Positions 1-16,300 of a stretch of DNA of 64,000 bases are shown one piece after another. The DNA lies in NCBI RefSeq assembly GCF_009914755.1, contig NC_060934.1. The stretch is one strand, 5' to 3'. The notes beneath the pieces were generated by a model. That model was not told the origin of the DNA, made no database searches, and worked only from the letters and a program-made list of their open reading frames with translations. Both the position numbers and the translations under genes were made by a program. Source of the stretch: the human T2T-CHM13v2.0 reference genome, Homo sapiens. How positions within the stretch are numbered: the stretch's first letter is position 1; the number at the start of each line of letters is the position of its first letter.

Positions 1-435
1 CACTTCGGCATCAGATTATCTAGTATCTAAACAAAATCTGTTGGAACTTTGGAATTGCATAGAATTTATAATTCAAATAAGAAGAATTTACCTTTTTATG
101 ATACTGAGTCTTTTTATCTATAAAGATGAAAAAAACTGAAAAAGAACTCCTTCCAAGTAGGGAATCTTTATTTTCTCTTTGTGCTTTGAAGGTGAAAGTT
201 CCCAATTATGTACTTTTTCTCTATTAAGAAATGGTCCTAGATCTTTTATAATGAAAATAAATCTTTAATGGAGGAGAAAATGTGAAAACCTTTTCAGTTT
301 AGAGAATTAAGTCAAAAAACATTTTATTTTTAGGAGTTTGCTATTAACCATTTAGTAGTATGCAAAGCAATAAGGAAAATACAGTGTTAACCCCCAAACT
401 TGTCCTGTTGGCAGATTCACTGATTTTCCCTTTCT

Positions 436-760
436 TTCTCCTTTTCTTTCTTTTTTTTTGAGACAAGGTCTTGCTTTGCTGCCCATGCTGGAGTGCAGTG
501 GTGTGTAACCACAGCTCATCGCAGCCTCGACCTCCTGGGCTCAAGTGATCCTCCTGCCTCAGGTTCCCCCAGTCTCACAAGTAGCCAGGAATACAGGTGT
601 GCACCACTATACCCAGCTAACTTTTAATTTTTTTTGTAGAGACAGGGTCTTGCTATGTTGCCCACTCTGGTCTTAAACTCCTGATCACTCCTCAAGTGAT
701 CCTCCCAGCTTGGCCTCACAAAGCACTGGGATTTACAGGCGTCAGCTTCTGAACCCGGCC
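436..760 (-). mobile_element. AluJ-type SINE
   Basis: Antisense Alu with J-type features (gagacaaggtcttgct, ctcaagtgatcctcc). 15-bp TSD tgattttcc(c/g)tttct at 421-435 and 761-775. Confidence 0.95.
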
Positions 761-1109
761 TGATTTTCCGTTTCTAGAGAGTGCTTCCAAAGTGCTTCTA
801 CGTTTGTCTTCTCCCTACCTACCCTTTTGATATTCTATGAAAACCATTTGTGATAGATCTCTTCATTTCCATTTCCAAAAGTGTACATTACTGGACAGAA
901 GCCTTCATTTTTTACTCCCATCCCCAATTCAAGGATAGTGTAACCAGGTAAAGCATGTGACATAGGTAATAGCTGTATGCTTCTCGTATACTGTAGGCAA
1001 ATGTTTGCTCTTTTTGCTTTTATAAATATCTGTTTAAAATTAGCGCATGCATATTGCTTAAGCACACATATATTTGTAATGAAGTTGTGTGTTTATGTGT
1101 ATACGAATA

Positions 1110-1335
1110 GGTTAATAAACATAAAATTTAGAATAATGGTTACCTTGGGTGGGACAGGAGAAATCAGGGAAATGGGGTAGTAAGGTAACTCATAGGTTGA
1201 TGGGAGTTATTGGTAATGTTTTAGTTTTGGGGTGGAGTGGTGGATTCACAGGCCCTGAGTGTATTATTTTGCTTTAAAAGTAACATATAGGCACAGATAA
1301 TGTTTTGTATGTGTCAAATAATATATTTAAAACAT
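1110..1335 (+). mobile_element. Old L1 (L1ME/L1MC-like) 3' end fragment
   Basis: aatggttaccttggg...ttattggtaatgtttt...tggattcacagg pattern typical of L1M 3'UTR ends; boundaries approximate. Confidence 0.55.
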
Positions 1336-2031
1336 AATACATGAAAAGTTTTATATTATTTGTTTATCAGAGCTTCCTTTAGGAAGACGACGTTATTGAC
1401 CCAGGTATAGGCTGCCATCTCTGAATTGTTTTACCCAAAGAGAGAAGAGTTTATGATGATTTGCTGTTAGTTTACCATGTCTTCCCTCAGGGCAATGGAG
1501 GGTTTTGGTTTTTAAGTTGGCTAATAGTGGGTTGAAAGCCAGGTGAATATGGAATTTTCACCTTTTCTTAGCTCCATGTACCATTTTCAGACTCCTTTTT
1601 CATCCTTGCATTTCTCTCGGTTCCCTATCTATTCTAGCTATTTTTTTCAAACTCCGTCCTCCCCCTCTCTATCCTTATCATGTCCTTATGTAATCCAGCT
1701 CTCAGCAGAATCAAATTAGAGTTCCATGCTCACCTCCCTCCTCCCTTTGTTCCTCCTTCTTCTCTTCTTTCCTTCCCTTCTTCCCTCCCCATCTTTCTTT
1801 CATTTTATTATGAATGGGTTCCATTTTTATAATCATAAATAAAATGAAACAAATGAAATGACTCCTGAATATTTCTTAAGGCAATGACATGAAAATGCAT
1901 AAAAGTTATCTTTATGCAGAGGATAGGAAAAAAAGAAAGAATACACAGACACATCTAACAATAACAACAACAAAGACATTGCCTAGAAGATGGAAGGTAA
2001 TGAAAAGTTTGCAGACAGTAAGAGTCATTAA

Positions 2032-2340
2032 GAAGGAAGGCAAATACAATGTTTTTTAAATGTCTATAATAAAAAAAAATCCAAAGGAAGGCATGCATTA
2101 CAATTTCCAAGGGACAAAGAGAGACACAGACAGACATTCTTTAAATGTATTAGACGTGAGGAGAGGTTGAAGAAAAATAGTGTCCATTTATTAGTTGGAA
2201 AGGGAAAACTAATAGCAGATGACACTAAAAAGACAGAGGTTTTAAATCTTTTCTTTTTCTTTAGTATTTGTCAAAAAGTCAATTGCTGTCTGAAAGCTAG
2301 ACAAAGTAGTATATGGAGTGAGTTGAACCAAAATAAATAG
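2032..2340 (+). mobile_element. CR1/L3 LINE ORF2 relic
   Basis: Frame translates ...QTFFKCIRREERLKKNSVHLLVGKGKLIADDTKKTEVLNLFF..., collinear with the CR1 ORF2 motif FFKYIRSKRK..VGPLL.GEG.L.TDD.EKAEVLN.FF (consensus from memory). Confidence 0.65.
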
Positions 2341-2519
2341 GAAAAGAGAAACTGACAGAAGGTTACAGAATTTGCTGGATTAATTGCTCAACTATGTGTT
2401 CCCCGAGGTCTAAGACTCACTACCGATTCCTATAGCCCAGTGCCTAGTAGAGTGCCTGGCTATAGGAGGTGCTAGAATTTAATTATGGAATGCCTACTAT
2501 GATTAAGTTCTTGGCATCA

Positions 2520-3795
<1,276 letters not shown>

Positions 3796-3951
3796 TTCAT
3801 AGCTTTTTAAATGCTCAAATGCTTAACTCGGGAGGTTGGGATGGCTGCTGGTAGTGCAGCAACAACGGCAGCATTTCTCTTCTCTCCTCATCCTGCCCCT
3901 CCTATCCCAACCTCAGCCATAAAAGCTTAGTGCTATCAAGCTCTGCCAGGG

Positions 3952-3981
3952 ACACACACACACACACGCACACACACACAC
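3952..3981. repeat. (CA)n microsatellite
   Basis: acacacac... tract with one interruption. Confidence 0.9.
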
Positions 3982-4224
3982 TTTGTTAACTGAAACTCAG
4001 ATATTAGCTCAAGGGTCATTTTCCCAGGGAGCATACTAAAAGAAAAAAGAATCAAACAAAGTAATAATATTAACTCACGAATGTGCATTATGTCTTCCTT
4101 AAATTTAGTTCTGAAGTTTTTTTAATCACATTTACTGATAAATATGAATCTAATGCATATTTTTGAAATGTTTTGTCTTTACTTACTTCACTCACTATTT
4201 CTCAGGCTTCCTATTTCCAACACC

Positions 4225-4670
4225 TATAGCTGGCCAAGAGGACCCTTGTTTCAGAAGGCCAAGCCCCAGCTCTCTTTCAGTCATACCCCTTTCCATGGGG
4301 CAAGTCCACAGGACCAAGGACTTATGCCCACCTAGAGCTAGCACCCCTTTCTAGACCATGCTCTGAATACTCAGGCCCCTGAATCCTCTGCTCAGATCTT
4401 ATCCCTAGCTTTTTGCCAGGATCTGCATGGGCTGCAACCTGGAGTCTGGCTTCCTGAGAGCAAACCAGTAGAGTGTGCACTGCTAGGCCAGAAAGGTGGC
4501 AAAGGGAACCTGCTTATGGAGGTGTGATCAGGCTTGGGTTTGTGAACTGGACTGTCTACACTGCAGGCCCATGAGACTTTTGATGATACACTACAGAGCC
4601 AGGGGTGAGAAGGGGAAACTGCGTTGTGGCCCTGGACTCTGACCCTAGGCTCTGACCAACTCAGGCACAG
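4225..4670. mobile_element. Probable MER115-like hAT-Tip100 DNA transposon relic
   Basis: Degenerate resemblance to remembered MER115/Zaphod-family sequence (gtgtgcactgctaggccagaaaggtggc, cagagccaggggtgagaagggg). Confidence 0.4.
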
Positions 4671-4684
4671 CAGTGAATATGTTA

Positions 4685-4960
4685 GCTAGTCCTTTCATTC
4701 TACAAACATTTTCTGAGCACATATTCCTAGTGCGTAAGGTTTCCTGTGCAGCCTGGGGGAATGCAAAGATGAACAAGACATCCTTCTGTCATGGAGGGCC
4801 GCAGGGCCAAAGATGCATGTAAACACCCTCTGTGAAATGAGGCTGACTAAAGTATCACATGAGCGGGAACCACTTGTAGTACTTTGGGAATTCAGAAGAG
4901 GAAATTATTTTTTATAGCTGGAGGAATTTGCAGACAACTTCACCAAGAAACAAAAGTGGA
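4685..4960 (-). mobile_element. L2 3' end fragment
   Basis: ttcattctacaaacattttctgagcac...gggaatgcaaagatgaacaagaca matches an antisense L2 terminus. Confidence 0.65.
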
Positions 4961-5014
4961 GAGGTAATTTGCTTAGAATTGAAACACATATTCAAATTCT
5001 ACAAAGTTATGTAT

Positions 5015-5447
<433 letters not shown>

Positions 5448-5552
5448 ATGTGTTGCTGTTTCTTTTTATTAATTAAAATATATTTTTTACCTCATGAAAA
5501 TATTCCACTATGTACACAGGTATGCTTCAAGTTGTCCCGAAAACATAACTAT

Positions 5553-5553
<1 letters not shown>

Positions 5554-5594
<41 letters not shown>

Positions 5595-5619
5595 TGTGTG
5601 TGTGTGCGCACGTGTGTGT
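5554..5619. repeat. (TG)n microsatellite
   Basis: About 30 TG units with minor interruptions. Confidence 0.95.
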
Positions 5620-6293
5620 TGGGAAGGTTCAGGATGGTTGGAAGGAAGTTTCTTGAGATCAGGGCCTGTATCTTTGCATTCCCAGTGCCATAGACATTGG
5701 GATTTAATAAATATTCTTTGATTGAATAAATGATCAAATTAAGATTCACCTCCTGAAGCTGTTGAGAATGAAATAACTGCAAGGTTCAAAGGTCATGGTT
5801 TTCCTGGGCACTGACAGGTCTTGCTGCAGGTGCATGAGCTTGTTTAATCTCAACAGTTTTTGCTTCTGGGAATTATAAATGCTCCGAAGTGTGATGGCAA
5901 AATGACAAATATTTTTCCTTCCTGAAGCCTGTTGTGTGGTTTCCAAAGTTGTAAAAACCTAATTAATTCTAATAGGCACAAATGCTAAACCAGTAGCTAC
6001 TCTTCATCTAGATATTTGACCTTGGAGAGCCAAGAAGAAATGGAGTGGAACATTACCATTGGTTTTTGCACCAGATGTGGCAGGATGCCAGAGCTAATGT
6101 GTGAGGGAAAGAGCTCTGCTGCTCCAACTTCCTCCACAGAGAGGGAGCTGCAAGGCAGATCCAGAAAGTTTTCATGTGACTTAAGCATCTTTGGAAATTT
6201 TGAAAGCTACTATTTCCCTTGCTGCCCCTCTAGAGGTAATGAAATACCCTCCAATCCATTTTTTGGCTACTTTACTTAAAATTGTCGAATGGT

Positions 6294-6646
<353 letters not shown>

Positions 6647-6719
6647 TTAATATGAATTGTCTCCTTACTGATTCACCTTTCTCTATCTGGCCTTTCATGC
6701 TTAAGGATGTTGGTGGTTT

Positions 6720-6806
6720 TCTCCCACCCTTCAAGGATAGGGCCTTTCTGTTTCTCCACTTACCTCCCACTCCACTCCTCCCAGACCCATTCCACTCCCA
6801 ACCCCC

Positions 6807-6856
<50 letters not shown>

Positions 6857-7170
6857 CACACTTTGTTAACTCAACTGAGATATTAGCTCAAGGGTCATTT
6901 TCCCATGGAAGCCTTCTTGGACCACCCACATCCCTTGCCTGGGTGAAATCACATTTCTGTATCATATGTTCTCACAGAACCATTTCTTTCTCCTGGGACA
7001 CTTGATTCAATTTGTATTTACATATTTATTGGTGGGATTATCCAGTTCATATGTGTCTTTCCTTCTAGACTATGATTTTCATAATGATGGGATTATGTTT
7101 TCTCACAGATGTATCCCTAGAGTCTAACACAGCACTTAGAACATAAGGGTTTTCAATAAACGGTTGTAAC
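6720..7170 (+). mobile_element. L2 3' region containing a (CA)n microsatellite (6808-6854)
   Basis: ggaagccttcttggaccacc...tctagactatg...gtatccctagagtctaacacagcactt...tcaataaac L2 terminus. Confidence 0.7.
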
Positions 7171-7826
7171 TATGAGGGCCTTGAGGTATCTATGTTCCCC
7201 TTGTATGGCCTCCTGCCCCTTGCTTCTCCTACCCAGTCTTATCTATGGCTGGACTTTAGGTAATAAACTTTGAAAAAAATTACAGAATTTTTATGTTTTC
7301 AGCCTCATCAAACCCAGATGTGAGTAATAGTGGGAGGAGGCATTAGCTCAGTTGGGGTTCCACGGAGCAGCCCGTGGCAGCAGTGAGAAACATTTAACCC
7401 AATACAATGGGGGAGATGCTCAAACTAGAGAATTGAGTGGAATGGAGACCCGTGAAGCCCTCAACCTTGAATTACAGTCCAGAGGGTCATCACATAAGGG
7501 GCACCAGAAGTCCTGGAGCATGAAGTCAGAATTCCAGGTGTGCTGCAAGTGAAAGCAATCATAAACTTGCACACAAAATTACAAAGGAATGCCTTCATCT
7601 GCTCACTGTCAAAAGGTAGATGATGTTGTCTGGGCTCAAAAAATCAAGGGCAGAACTGACAAGTTTGCTGTAAAAAAATGACAACAATATGCTTTTGGTA
7701 AGAGCTATTTTTTGGCAGAAATGCATTTGAACTATTCTTGTTTCAACAACTTGGAGAGTCAGATCATGAAAGTCTGGTATGCCAGTGAAACATTTCCTAG
7801 TGTTTAGTATCAATAATGAATTGTCA

Positions 7827-8475
7827 AATGGTACAGCCACTAGGTAAAAGTTTGGTGGTTCCTCAATAAGTTAAATATAGAATCATCACATGATCCAGCA
7901 ATTCCACTCCTAGGCATATACCCAAAAGACGTGAAAAGAGGAACTCAGACATACTTGTACATGGATGTTCACAGCAGCATTATTCACAATAGTCAAAAGG
8001 TGAAAACAGCCCAGGAGTCCATCAACAGATGAATGGATCAACAAAATATGGCACATATGTATATATATATATTTATATACATACATAAATGGAATATTAT
8101 TCAGATGTAAAAAGGAGTGACTTTCTGAAACATGGTATAAAATAGATGAACCTCGAAAACATGCAAAGTGAAATAAGCCAGACACAAAAGGACAAATGTT
8201 GTATGATTCCACTTATATGAATGATCTAGAATAGGTAAATTCACAAAAAGTAGAATAAGGTTACCAAAGGTGGAAGGGGGAGGCAAGAATAGGGAGATAT
8301 TGCATATGGTTACAGAGTTGTTATTCAAAGTGATAAAAAAATTTTGGAAATAGCTAGTAGAGATGGTTGCATACCATCGTGAATGTACTTCATAACACTG
8401 AATAGTAAACTTAAAAATTGTTAAAACAGCAAATTTTATGTTATATATATTTTACCACAATAAAAAAAGAAAAAA
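7827..8475 (+). mobile_element. L1MB-type LINE-1 3' fragment
   Basis: ORF2 end plus 3'UTR: gatccagcaattccactcctaggcatatacccaaaag...aaattttatgttatatatattttaccacaataaaaaa. Confidence 0.9.
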
Positions 8476-8616
8476 GGAATGAATTTCTGGAGATAAACTT
8501 TCTTGAGAGTAACTTGGCAATATGTATCAAAAGCCTTAATTGCTGCATACCCATTTCACTTCTTATAATTTATTTTTAGGAGATAATCACAGATTTGTTC
8601 AAAGATTTATTTGTAA

Positions 8617-9367
<751 letters not shown>

Positions 9368-9929
9368 ATGATCATTATAGCATTATTTTTAATGGAGAAA
9401 AATCTTGAAAGCAAAGTTCAATAAATCAATTAATGAGTAAACAAATTGTAGATCCAACTATGGATACTTTGTAGTCACTAGAAATTATATTTTAGAAGAA
9501 TATAATGATGTCAAAAATGGTCATTACAGTGTGCAGAATAAAAGCAGACTCTAAAATAGAATTATCCTGTTTTAAGGGGAAATAAAACATGTCTCTGTGC
9601 AGTTAAACCTGAAGGATATACATATAAATGAAAATAGTTGTTATCTCTGGGTAGCAGGATTATAGAGCATTTTCTTTTTAAGAATATTTTCTAAACTTTC
9701 AGGAATGAACATTTAAAATGAAAAAAAGTTTTCATTTTTTAAGATATATACACATATTTCTGTTGATAACTTCCTTATTCTTAAAATGGGAGATCTGATT
9801 ATTTCTCAGCTTTCAAAGTCATATTGTTTTAAAAATGGATCTGTGTTTCTAACTGCCTTTTCTACAGCACTACAAGCACCTCGTATGTAAAATACCCAAA
9901 TATATCAATTCCTCCCTCTCCCCACCAGC

Positions 9930-10385
9930 TCCACTGAAACCTCCTCTAGGAAGCCTCCCTGAACTCCCAAGTCCAGGTTAGGGTTTCTTTTGTACTCCAC
10001 CCTGTGGATTCCTGCAGTTCTCCCTGCTGATCTCCATCCCTTACAGCACGGTTCACACTATATGTGAATTGCCTGTTTACCTGTCCTCTCTACGAGACCC
10101 TTCAGTGGCAGAAGGGTCCGTGTTTGTTCATAACAATGTCAGTGAACATTTCTAGAGTACTTAAGATGTGCTCGGCCCTTCACATATATTATCTCATTGA
10201 ATTCAGGAAACAATCCTATAAAGAGGTACTGTTGTTTGTCCTATTTTACAAATAAAGATATTGAAACTCAGCGACAGAAAGCAATTTACCCAAGTGACAC
10301 AGTTGCAGCCTCAGCACCCAGCACAGGGTCTAAGTATGTATTCGGTGCTTTATAAATAAATATTTGTTGAATGAATGAATGAATG
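9930..10385 (+). mobile_element. L2 3' end with nested antisense MIR (~10150-10305)
   Basis: Ends in aaatatttgttgaatgaatgaatgaatg; MIR attatctcattgaattc...cctattttacaaataaagatattgaaactcag. Confidence 0.8.
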
Positions 10386-10710
10386 TACTAAAATTATGTA
10401 GCTAAATCTCCCTATTGCAGTTTTCTGAATCTATAAATAAAAAACGTTGCCAGAATTAAAAGTGCCTGATGAAATGGGTAAAATGTCAGTATGTAGCCAG
10501 AAGGGGAAAAACATCTTATCTCACTAATTGGTGACTTCACTGTGAAACTCTCTTAAAAATTCAGAGCCACTACTGCCTAGAGATAAAAATCAGTCCCATT
10601 TTTTTTCTGTCTCTGAATGCTTCTGTGAGAATTACTAAACCAGGAGGGTACACTTCACTGGCTGAATTACATGCAGGGAAAGGCAAGAGGTAAAAGCGCT
10701 TCTCTCTCAC

Positions 10711-10826
10711 CTGAATTGCCCCCAAGCTGCCCTGTATCCCTCTTTGCTGCACTTGGAATACCTGAACAGAGCCAGAACACCAGATGTGAAGCTCATTGTC
10801 CAGACCTTCACACTGTGAGTAGGGGC
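10711..10826 (-). other. Candidate 116-nt spliced exon (unverified)
   Basis: Minus-strand acceptor gtttgttctttgtatttcag| and donor CAG|GTGAGA in repeat-free DNA. Confidence 0.3.
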
Positions 10827-11143
10827 CTGAAATACAAAGAACAAACCTGGGACAAATGTGATAATCAATGAAGCACTGCTTTGAAAAGAAAAGGAACAGG
10901 CTGCCAAAATCTCAATTTTAAGCTGGAATTCAGCAAGCAGAAAAGTTGAGTGATAAGAAATCTCCTGCTTTTCACTAGGATTGTCAAAGTTCCTAAATTT
11001 ACCAGGAGCTCCCTGACTCTCTGAGTGGTTCTTAGTTTCAGGGGTTATTTTTATCCAGGAAAATATTGTAGGAATAATCCCTTCTTTCGAATCCCAGGAA
11101 CCTGAGAGAAAGCATACTATTTCCCAGATCCTAAGGCCCAGAG

Positions 11144-11404
11144 CAGGGCTTTCATCCTCAACACTATCGATAGCTTGGGCCTGGCAATTCTCTGTTGGGT
11201 GTGGGGTGGGGGGGGCGAGGCGAGGGGGTGCATTGCAGGATATTCAGCAGCAGCCCTGTCCTGTCCTATGTCAGTAGCACACCCCTCATGCCCCACCCAG
11301 CTATAACAACCAAAAATGTCTCCAGACATTGCTAAATGTCCCTTGGGGAGCAAAATCACACTTCCCACACTTCCCATCCCACCCCTTCATTTGGAGAACC
11401 GCTG
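11144..11404 (-). mobile_element. MER20 (hAT-Charlie)
   Basis: acaaccaaaaatgtctccagacattgctaaatgtccc...gcaaaatcac...gagaaccgctg is the reverse complement of MER20. Confidence 0.9.
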
Positions 11405-11719
11405 ATCTAGAGTGTGGCAAATGGAAAACACCGGTTCATTCCCTTCCCATAGAACATCAGAGAGTACCTCGTAAATACACACGTGGACACATGATGCTTG
11501 TTTATTTACCTGGAGTGGAAGAAGGGAGAAAGTGTCCCATTAACCTAACATTTCATGTTTGATGGTGATATGTAAGAATGTCTAATCTTTTGTTAATCCT
11601 CACTTAAGAAACTTTTTTTCCATTCACCCAGCCAACTAAGGTTTCCAAGCATGGAATCTTAGTCTTTGGAATGGAGCTGGTTCCCCAGACCATTTTGGAT
11701 TTCTGGATGTTTGTGTACA

Positions 11720-11960
11720 TCCCTAGTAGATAGAAAAGCATGGGGTTTGGAGTCAAGCACCCTGGATTGAAATTCCAGTGAAAACTTTTATTTACCTGTG
11801 CTCACTGCAAGTCACTAAACTGCTCTGAGATCCAAGTTCCTCAACCATAAAAACCTCTCTTATTTGACTGCGGTCAAAACTGAATGAGATGAAGCCAAGA
11901 GACGGGCCTGGCACAGGCCTGGTTGGTACAACCAGTTCCTGCTTATAAATGTTTTCTTCC
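11720..11960 (+). mobile_element. MIR
   Basis: ggtttggagtcaagcaccctggattgaaattcc...gcaagtcactaaac...gagatccaagttcctca. Confidence 0.7.
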
Positions 11961-12319
11961 TTCAATGCTTGATTATTACCCAAGAAGTAACAGTAAGGGA
12001 AAGCTTCCCTCCCAGTGTCTAGTACCCCAGAATATTCCTTCAGCTCTTCTCAAAACATGGTGAGAAGAGGTAACACTGGGTGAGAAGAAGTAATACTGGG
12101 ATAATCAGGGAAGGCTTTTGAATGTGACTTACAGTTTTTGCCTGGAGTTGGTCAGAAGCAACTTGGCAGGCAGTAATTAAAGACTGAGTTTGGATGGATA
12201 GGGCTTTTTCAGGGAGAGTGTCCACCCATGGGTGAGAGGTCTGCTGGTGCAGAGGTTTTGTTTCATTTTGAAGACCTCTTCTACATCATTCTGCAAGCTA
12301 TAATGCAGGTGACAGTAAT

Positions 12320-12860
<541 letters not shown>

Positions 12861-13194
12861 ATCATCTTCTGTAAATGCCTGCACAATATGAGCACATCTG
12901 AATATATTCTTGAAAGGATAAATAATAGGGAAACAAGGTCCAAGACAGATAAGACAGAACTCAAACAGCTGACCAATCAAAAGAACAAGCTGAGGATAAA
13001 GTACCAATGGGGGAAAAATGCAGAAAAAATGAAGTGGGCAAAAAAGACAAAGGTCAAAAGTGAATAGTGCAACTTTCTGTGAAAGCTGGGGACCACTTAT
13101 GTATGTGCCGGAAAGTCTCACATTCGGGCTAGGAGCAAGGCCCTACATTGAATAGAAACAAACAGATAGATATTAGAAGGGCTTTTTGGCTAGA

Positions 13195-13310
13195 TATCAT
13201 CATCATCATCATCATTCATTAACATTTGCTGAGCACCTGTGATGTATTGGACAGATAGAAATAACTAAGATAAAGTCTCACACCTTGAAGAGCTCATAGT
13301 TTAGTTGGCC
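13195..13310 (-). mobile_element. L2 3' end with (ATC)n
   Basis: catcatcattcattaacatttgctgagcacctgtgatgt. Confidence 0.65.
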
Positions 13311-14777
13311 CACAGCCAGGAAAGTCTCTGTAAGTAGAGTTTTTGAGCTAATTCTTAGGTCCCATGTTCCTTCTTTCACTGACACATCCTTTGGATGTTG
13401 GTGGGCAAAGGAGTACAAGCCCCTGTGGGCTTCAGCAAGCCCTTTTTCTCCCCAAATGCTCTTGCCCTCTTTTACCACCTAAGCTTTCCTGCACCAAAAG
13501 TATTTCTACAAGTCAGGAAAGTTAAAGTGCATGTGCTGTGCTTAAAGAAGAGGTTTTATAATAACCACTGCCTTCCTGGCAGGCTGCAGAAGCTGAGCCA
13601 GTGGAGAAATCTCTGGAAGGGCAGTTGGAAGTAACTGGCTGACTCCTTTGCCCAGGGTGGGCATCATGCTAGCATCTTTCTGGCTACAAAGAGTAGAATC
13701 AAGTCTGTGAAGTCAGGTGGAGACCTAACTGCAGCTTTAACAGGCCAACAGCTGGGTCAACCAGCCACAGAGACATTTTCTTGACAGTCACTCTGATGGG
13801 CTTAGGGGATTCAGAAAACAAAAGTGAAGGTGGTCTCCACCCAGACCCCTCCAGGAAAGCCTGTGGAACATTGCATTGTCCACAAGCTATTTTGCAGCTG
13901 CTTCAATTAAAGAATTAAACTGTATCTGAGTAGCAGCAACATACATGAGAGCCAAATTGGATTCCTCCTTGGAAAATAAGCTACAGACCACATCTTTATT
14001 GTGCAGACACTCATTAACAAATATGTAAAAAAATACCCGTCAGAGAAAGATGTTTTCCTGCTTTGGAGACTTTAAAAAAAGCATTTAATTCCATCTGGCA
14101 CGCATGGCTGAATCTGAAATGGCTACAATGTGTGACTGGTGGGAAAGCATGACAAAAGGAGTTCTGTCTATCAATCCACCCTCTGCAGGGCAGCTATACC
14201 CAGAACTCCACTGGGTTAGGGAGAAGGGGCCATTCCTGATTCTCTGAACACTGGGGACATGTTTTCTATGCTTGAGGAAATTCTAAGTTTAGGGTCTTTT
14301 CTGAGGAAAAGAAATGCTGGCTGCAGACAACGAGGCCAGTGCCTCCATTTCTCTCCTCGCTCGTGAGCAGTTCAGATGCTAGACAGGCTACAACATACAG
14401 ACCATGTACAGAGAGACTTACAAACCATTCCCAAGAAATGGTCCCAAGTAACCTCACATTTCACGTTTTTAAGCGTAGACTATACTGTCTATGCTTTCAC
14501 AGGGCCCACTAAACCCGTGGGGACAGCAGACCCTGCTCTCCAAAGTCCAAACTCAAGTGGAGCCAAGCCTCACAGTAAAGTGGGCTTCGAGGCGCAAAGT
14601 AAGATCTATCCTTTAAGAAGAAACTGTATATCTAATGGCTTTTAGGACATTTTCATTGATATTAGGATTTACGTGATTAAAAAATAATAGTTAACTTTGC
14701 AACTTCCAAAGTGTATTGTTGTACCTTAAAGCCAAGGCATAAGTGTAGAAATACGAATAAGAAAGAATCAAGCTGGG

Positions 14778-16157
14778 ATGGTACTGGTACCAAAACAGAT
14801 GTACAGACCAAATGGAACAGAACAGAGCCCTCAGAAATAACACCACACATCTACAACCATCTGATCTTTGACAAACCTGACAAAAACAAGAAATGGGGAA
14901 AGGATTCCCTATTTAATAAATGGTGTGGGGAAAACTGGCTAGCCATAGGTAGAAAGCTGAAACTGAATCCCTTCCTTACACCTTATACAAAAATTAATTC
15001 AAGATGGATTAAAGACTTAAGTGTTAGACCTAAAACCATAAAATCCCTAGAAGAAAACCTAGGCAATACCATTGAGGACATTGGCATGGGCAAGGACTTC
15101 ATGTCTAAAACACCAAAAGCAATGGCAACAAAAGCCAAAATTGACAAATGGGATCTGATTAAACTAAAGAGCTTCTGCACGGCAAAAGAAACTACCATCA
15201 GAGTGAACAGGCAACCTACAGAATGGAAGAAAATTTTTGCAATCTACCCATCTGACAAAGGGCTAATATCCAGAATCTACAAAGAACTCAAACAAATTTA
15301 CAAGAAAAAAACTCCATCAAAAAGTGGGCAAAGGATATGAACAGACACTTCTCAGAAGAAGACATTTATGCAGCCAACAGACACATGAAAAAATGCTCAT
15401 CATCACTGATAACCAGAGAAATGCAACTCAAAACCACAATGAGATACCATCTCATGCCAGTTAGAATGGCAATCATTAAAAAGTCAGGAAACAACAGGTG
15501 CTGGAGAGGATGTGGAGAAATAGGAATGTTTTTACACTGCTGGTGGGAGTGTAAATTAGTTCAGCCATTGTGGAAGACAGTGTGGCGATTCCTCAAGGAT
15601 CTAGAACTAGAAATACCATTTGACCCAGCCATCCCATTACTGGGTATATACCCAAAGGATTATAAACCATGCTGCTATAAAGACACATGCACACATACGA
15701 TTATTGCGGCACTCTTCACAATAGCAAGGACTTGGAACCAACCCAAATGTCCATCAATGATAGACTGGATTAAGATATGTGGCACATATACACCATAGAA
15801 TACTATGCAGCCATAAAAAAGGATGAGTTCATGTCCTTTGCAGGGACATGGATAAAGCTGAAAACCATCATTCTCAGCAAACTATCACAAGGACAGAAAA
15901 CCAAATACCACATGTTCTCACTCATAGGTGGGAATTGAACAATGAGATAACTTGGACACAGGGCGGGGAACATCACACACCGAGGCCTGTCAGGGGGTGT
16001 GGGGCTGGGGGAGGGAAAAGCATTAGGAGAAATACCTAATGCAAATGACGAGTTGATGGGTGCAGCAAACCAACATGGCACATGTACACCTATTTATCAA
16101 ACCTGCACGTTGTGCACATGTACCCTAGAACTTAAAGGATAATTATAAAAAAAAAAA
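14778..16157 (+). mobile_element. 5'-truncated L1PA6-like LINE-1
   Basis: ORF2 C-terminal fragments (ORFs 14711-15340 and 15337-15798); 3'UTR gagttgatgggtgcagcaaaccaacatgg; A11 tail at 16147-16157. Confidence 0.95.
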
Positions 16158-16300
16158 GAATCAACTACATGGGATTGTTAGGAAGTTTAAATGGTTTCAT
16201 ATAGGGTTTAGAACAGTGGCTGATATGTATTAGGGTTTGTAAACAAAATAAACTCTTCAATATGCAAAAAAAAAACAATAAAACAAAATAATTTAAAAAA
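16158..16300 (+). other. L1 3'-transduced segment plus second A-rich tail
   Basis: MIR-like sequence at 16158-16265, AATAAA at 16247-16252, A-rich tail from 16266, then 17-bp TSD aagaaagaatca(a/g)gctg (14759-14775 and 16301-16317). Confidence 0.75.

Noticed and set aside
7303-7319. 17-nt plus-strand microexon (ttttcag|...|gtgagt)
   Set aside because: Not a multiple of 3 and no supporting context; such signal pairs are common by chance.
10515-10957. Four WGATAR motifs as a GATA enhancer
   Set aside because: Only modestly above chance in AT-rich DNA.
12059-12100. 20-bp tandem duplication (18/20 identical)
   Set aside because: Ordinary slippage duplication with no further structure.
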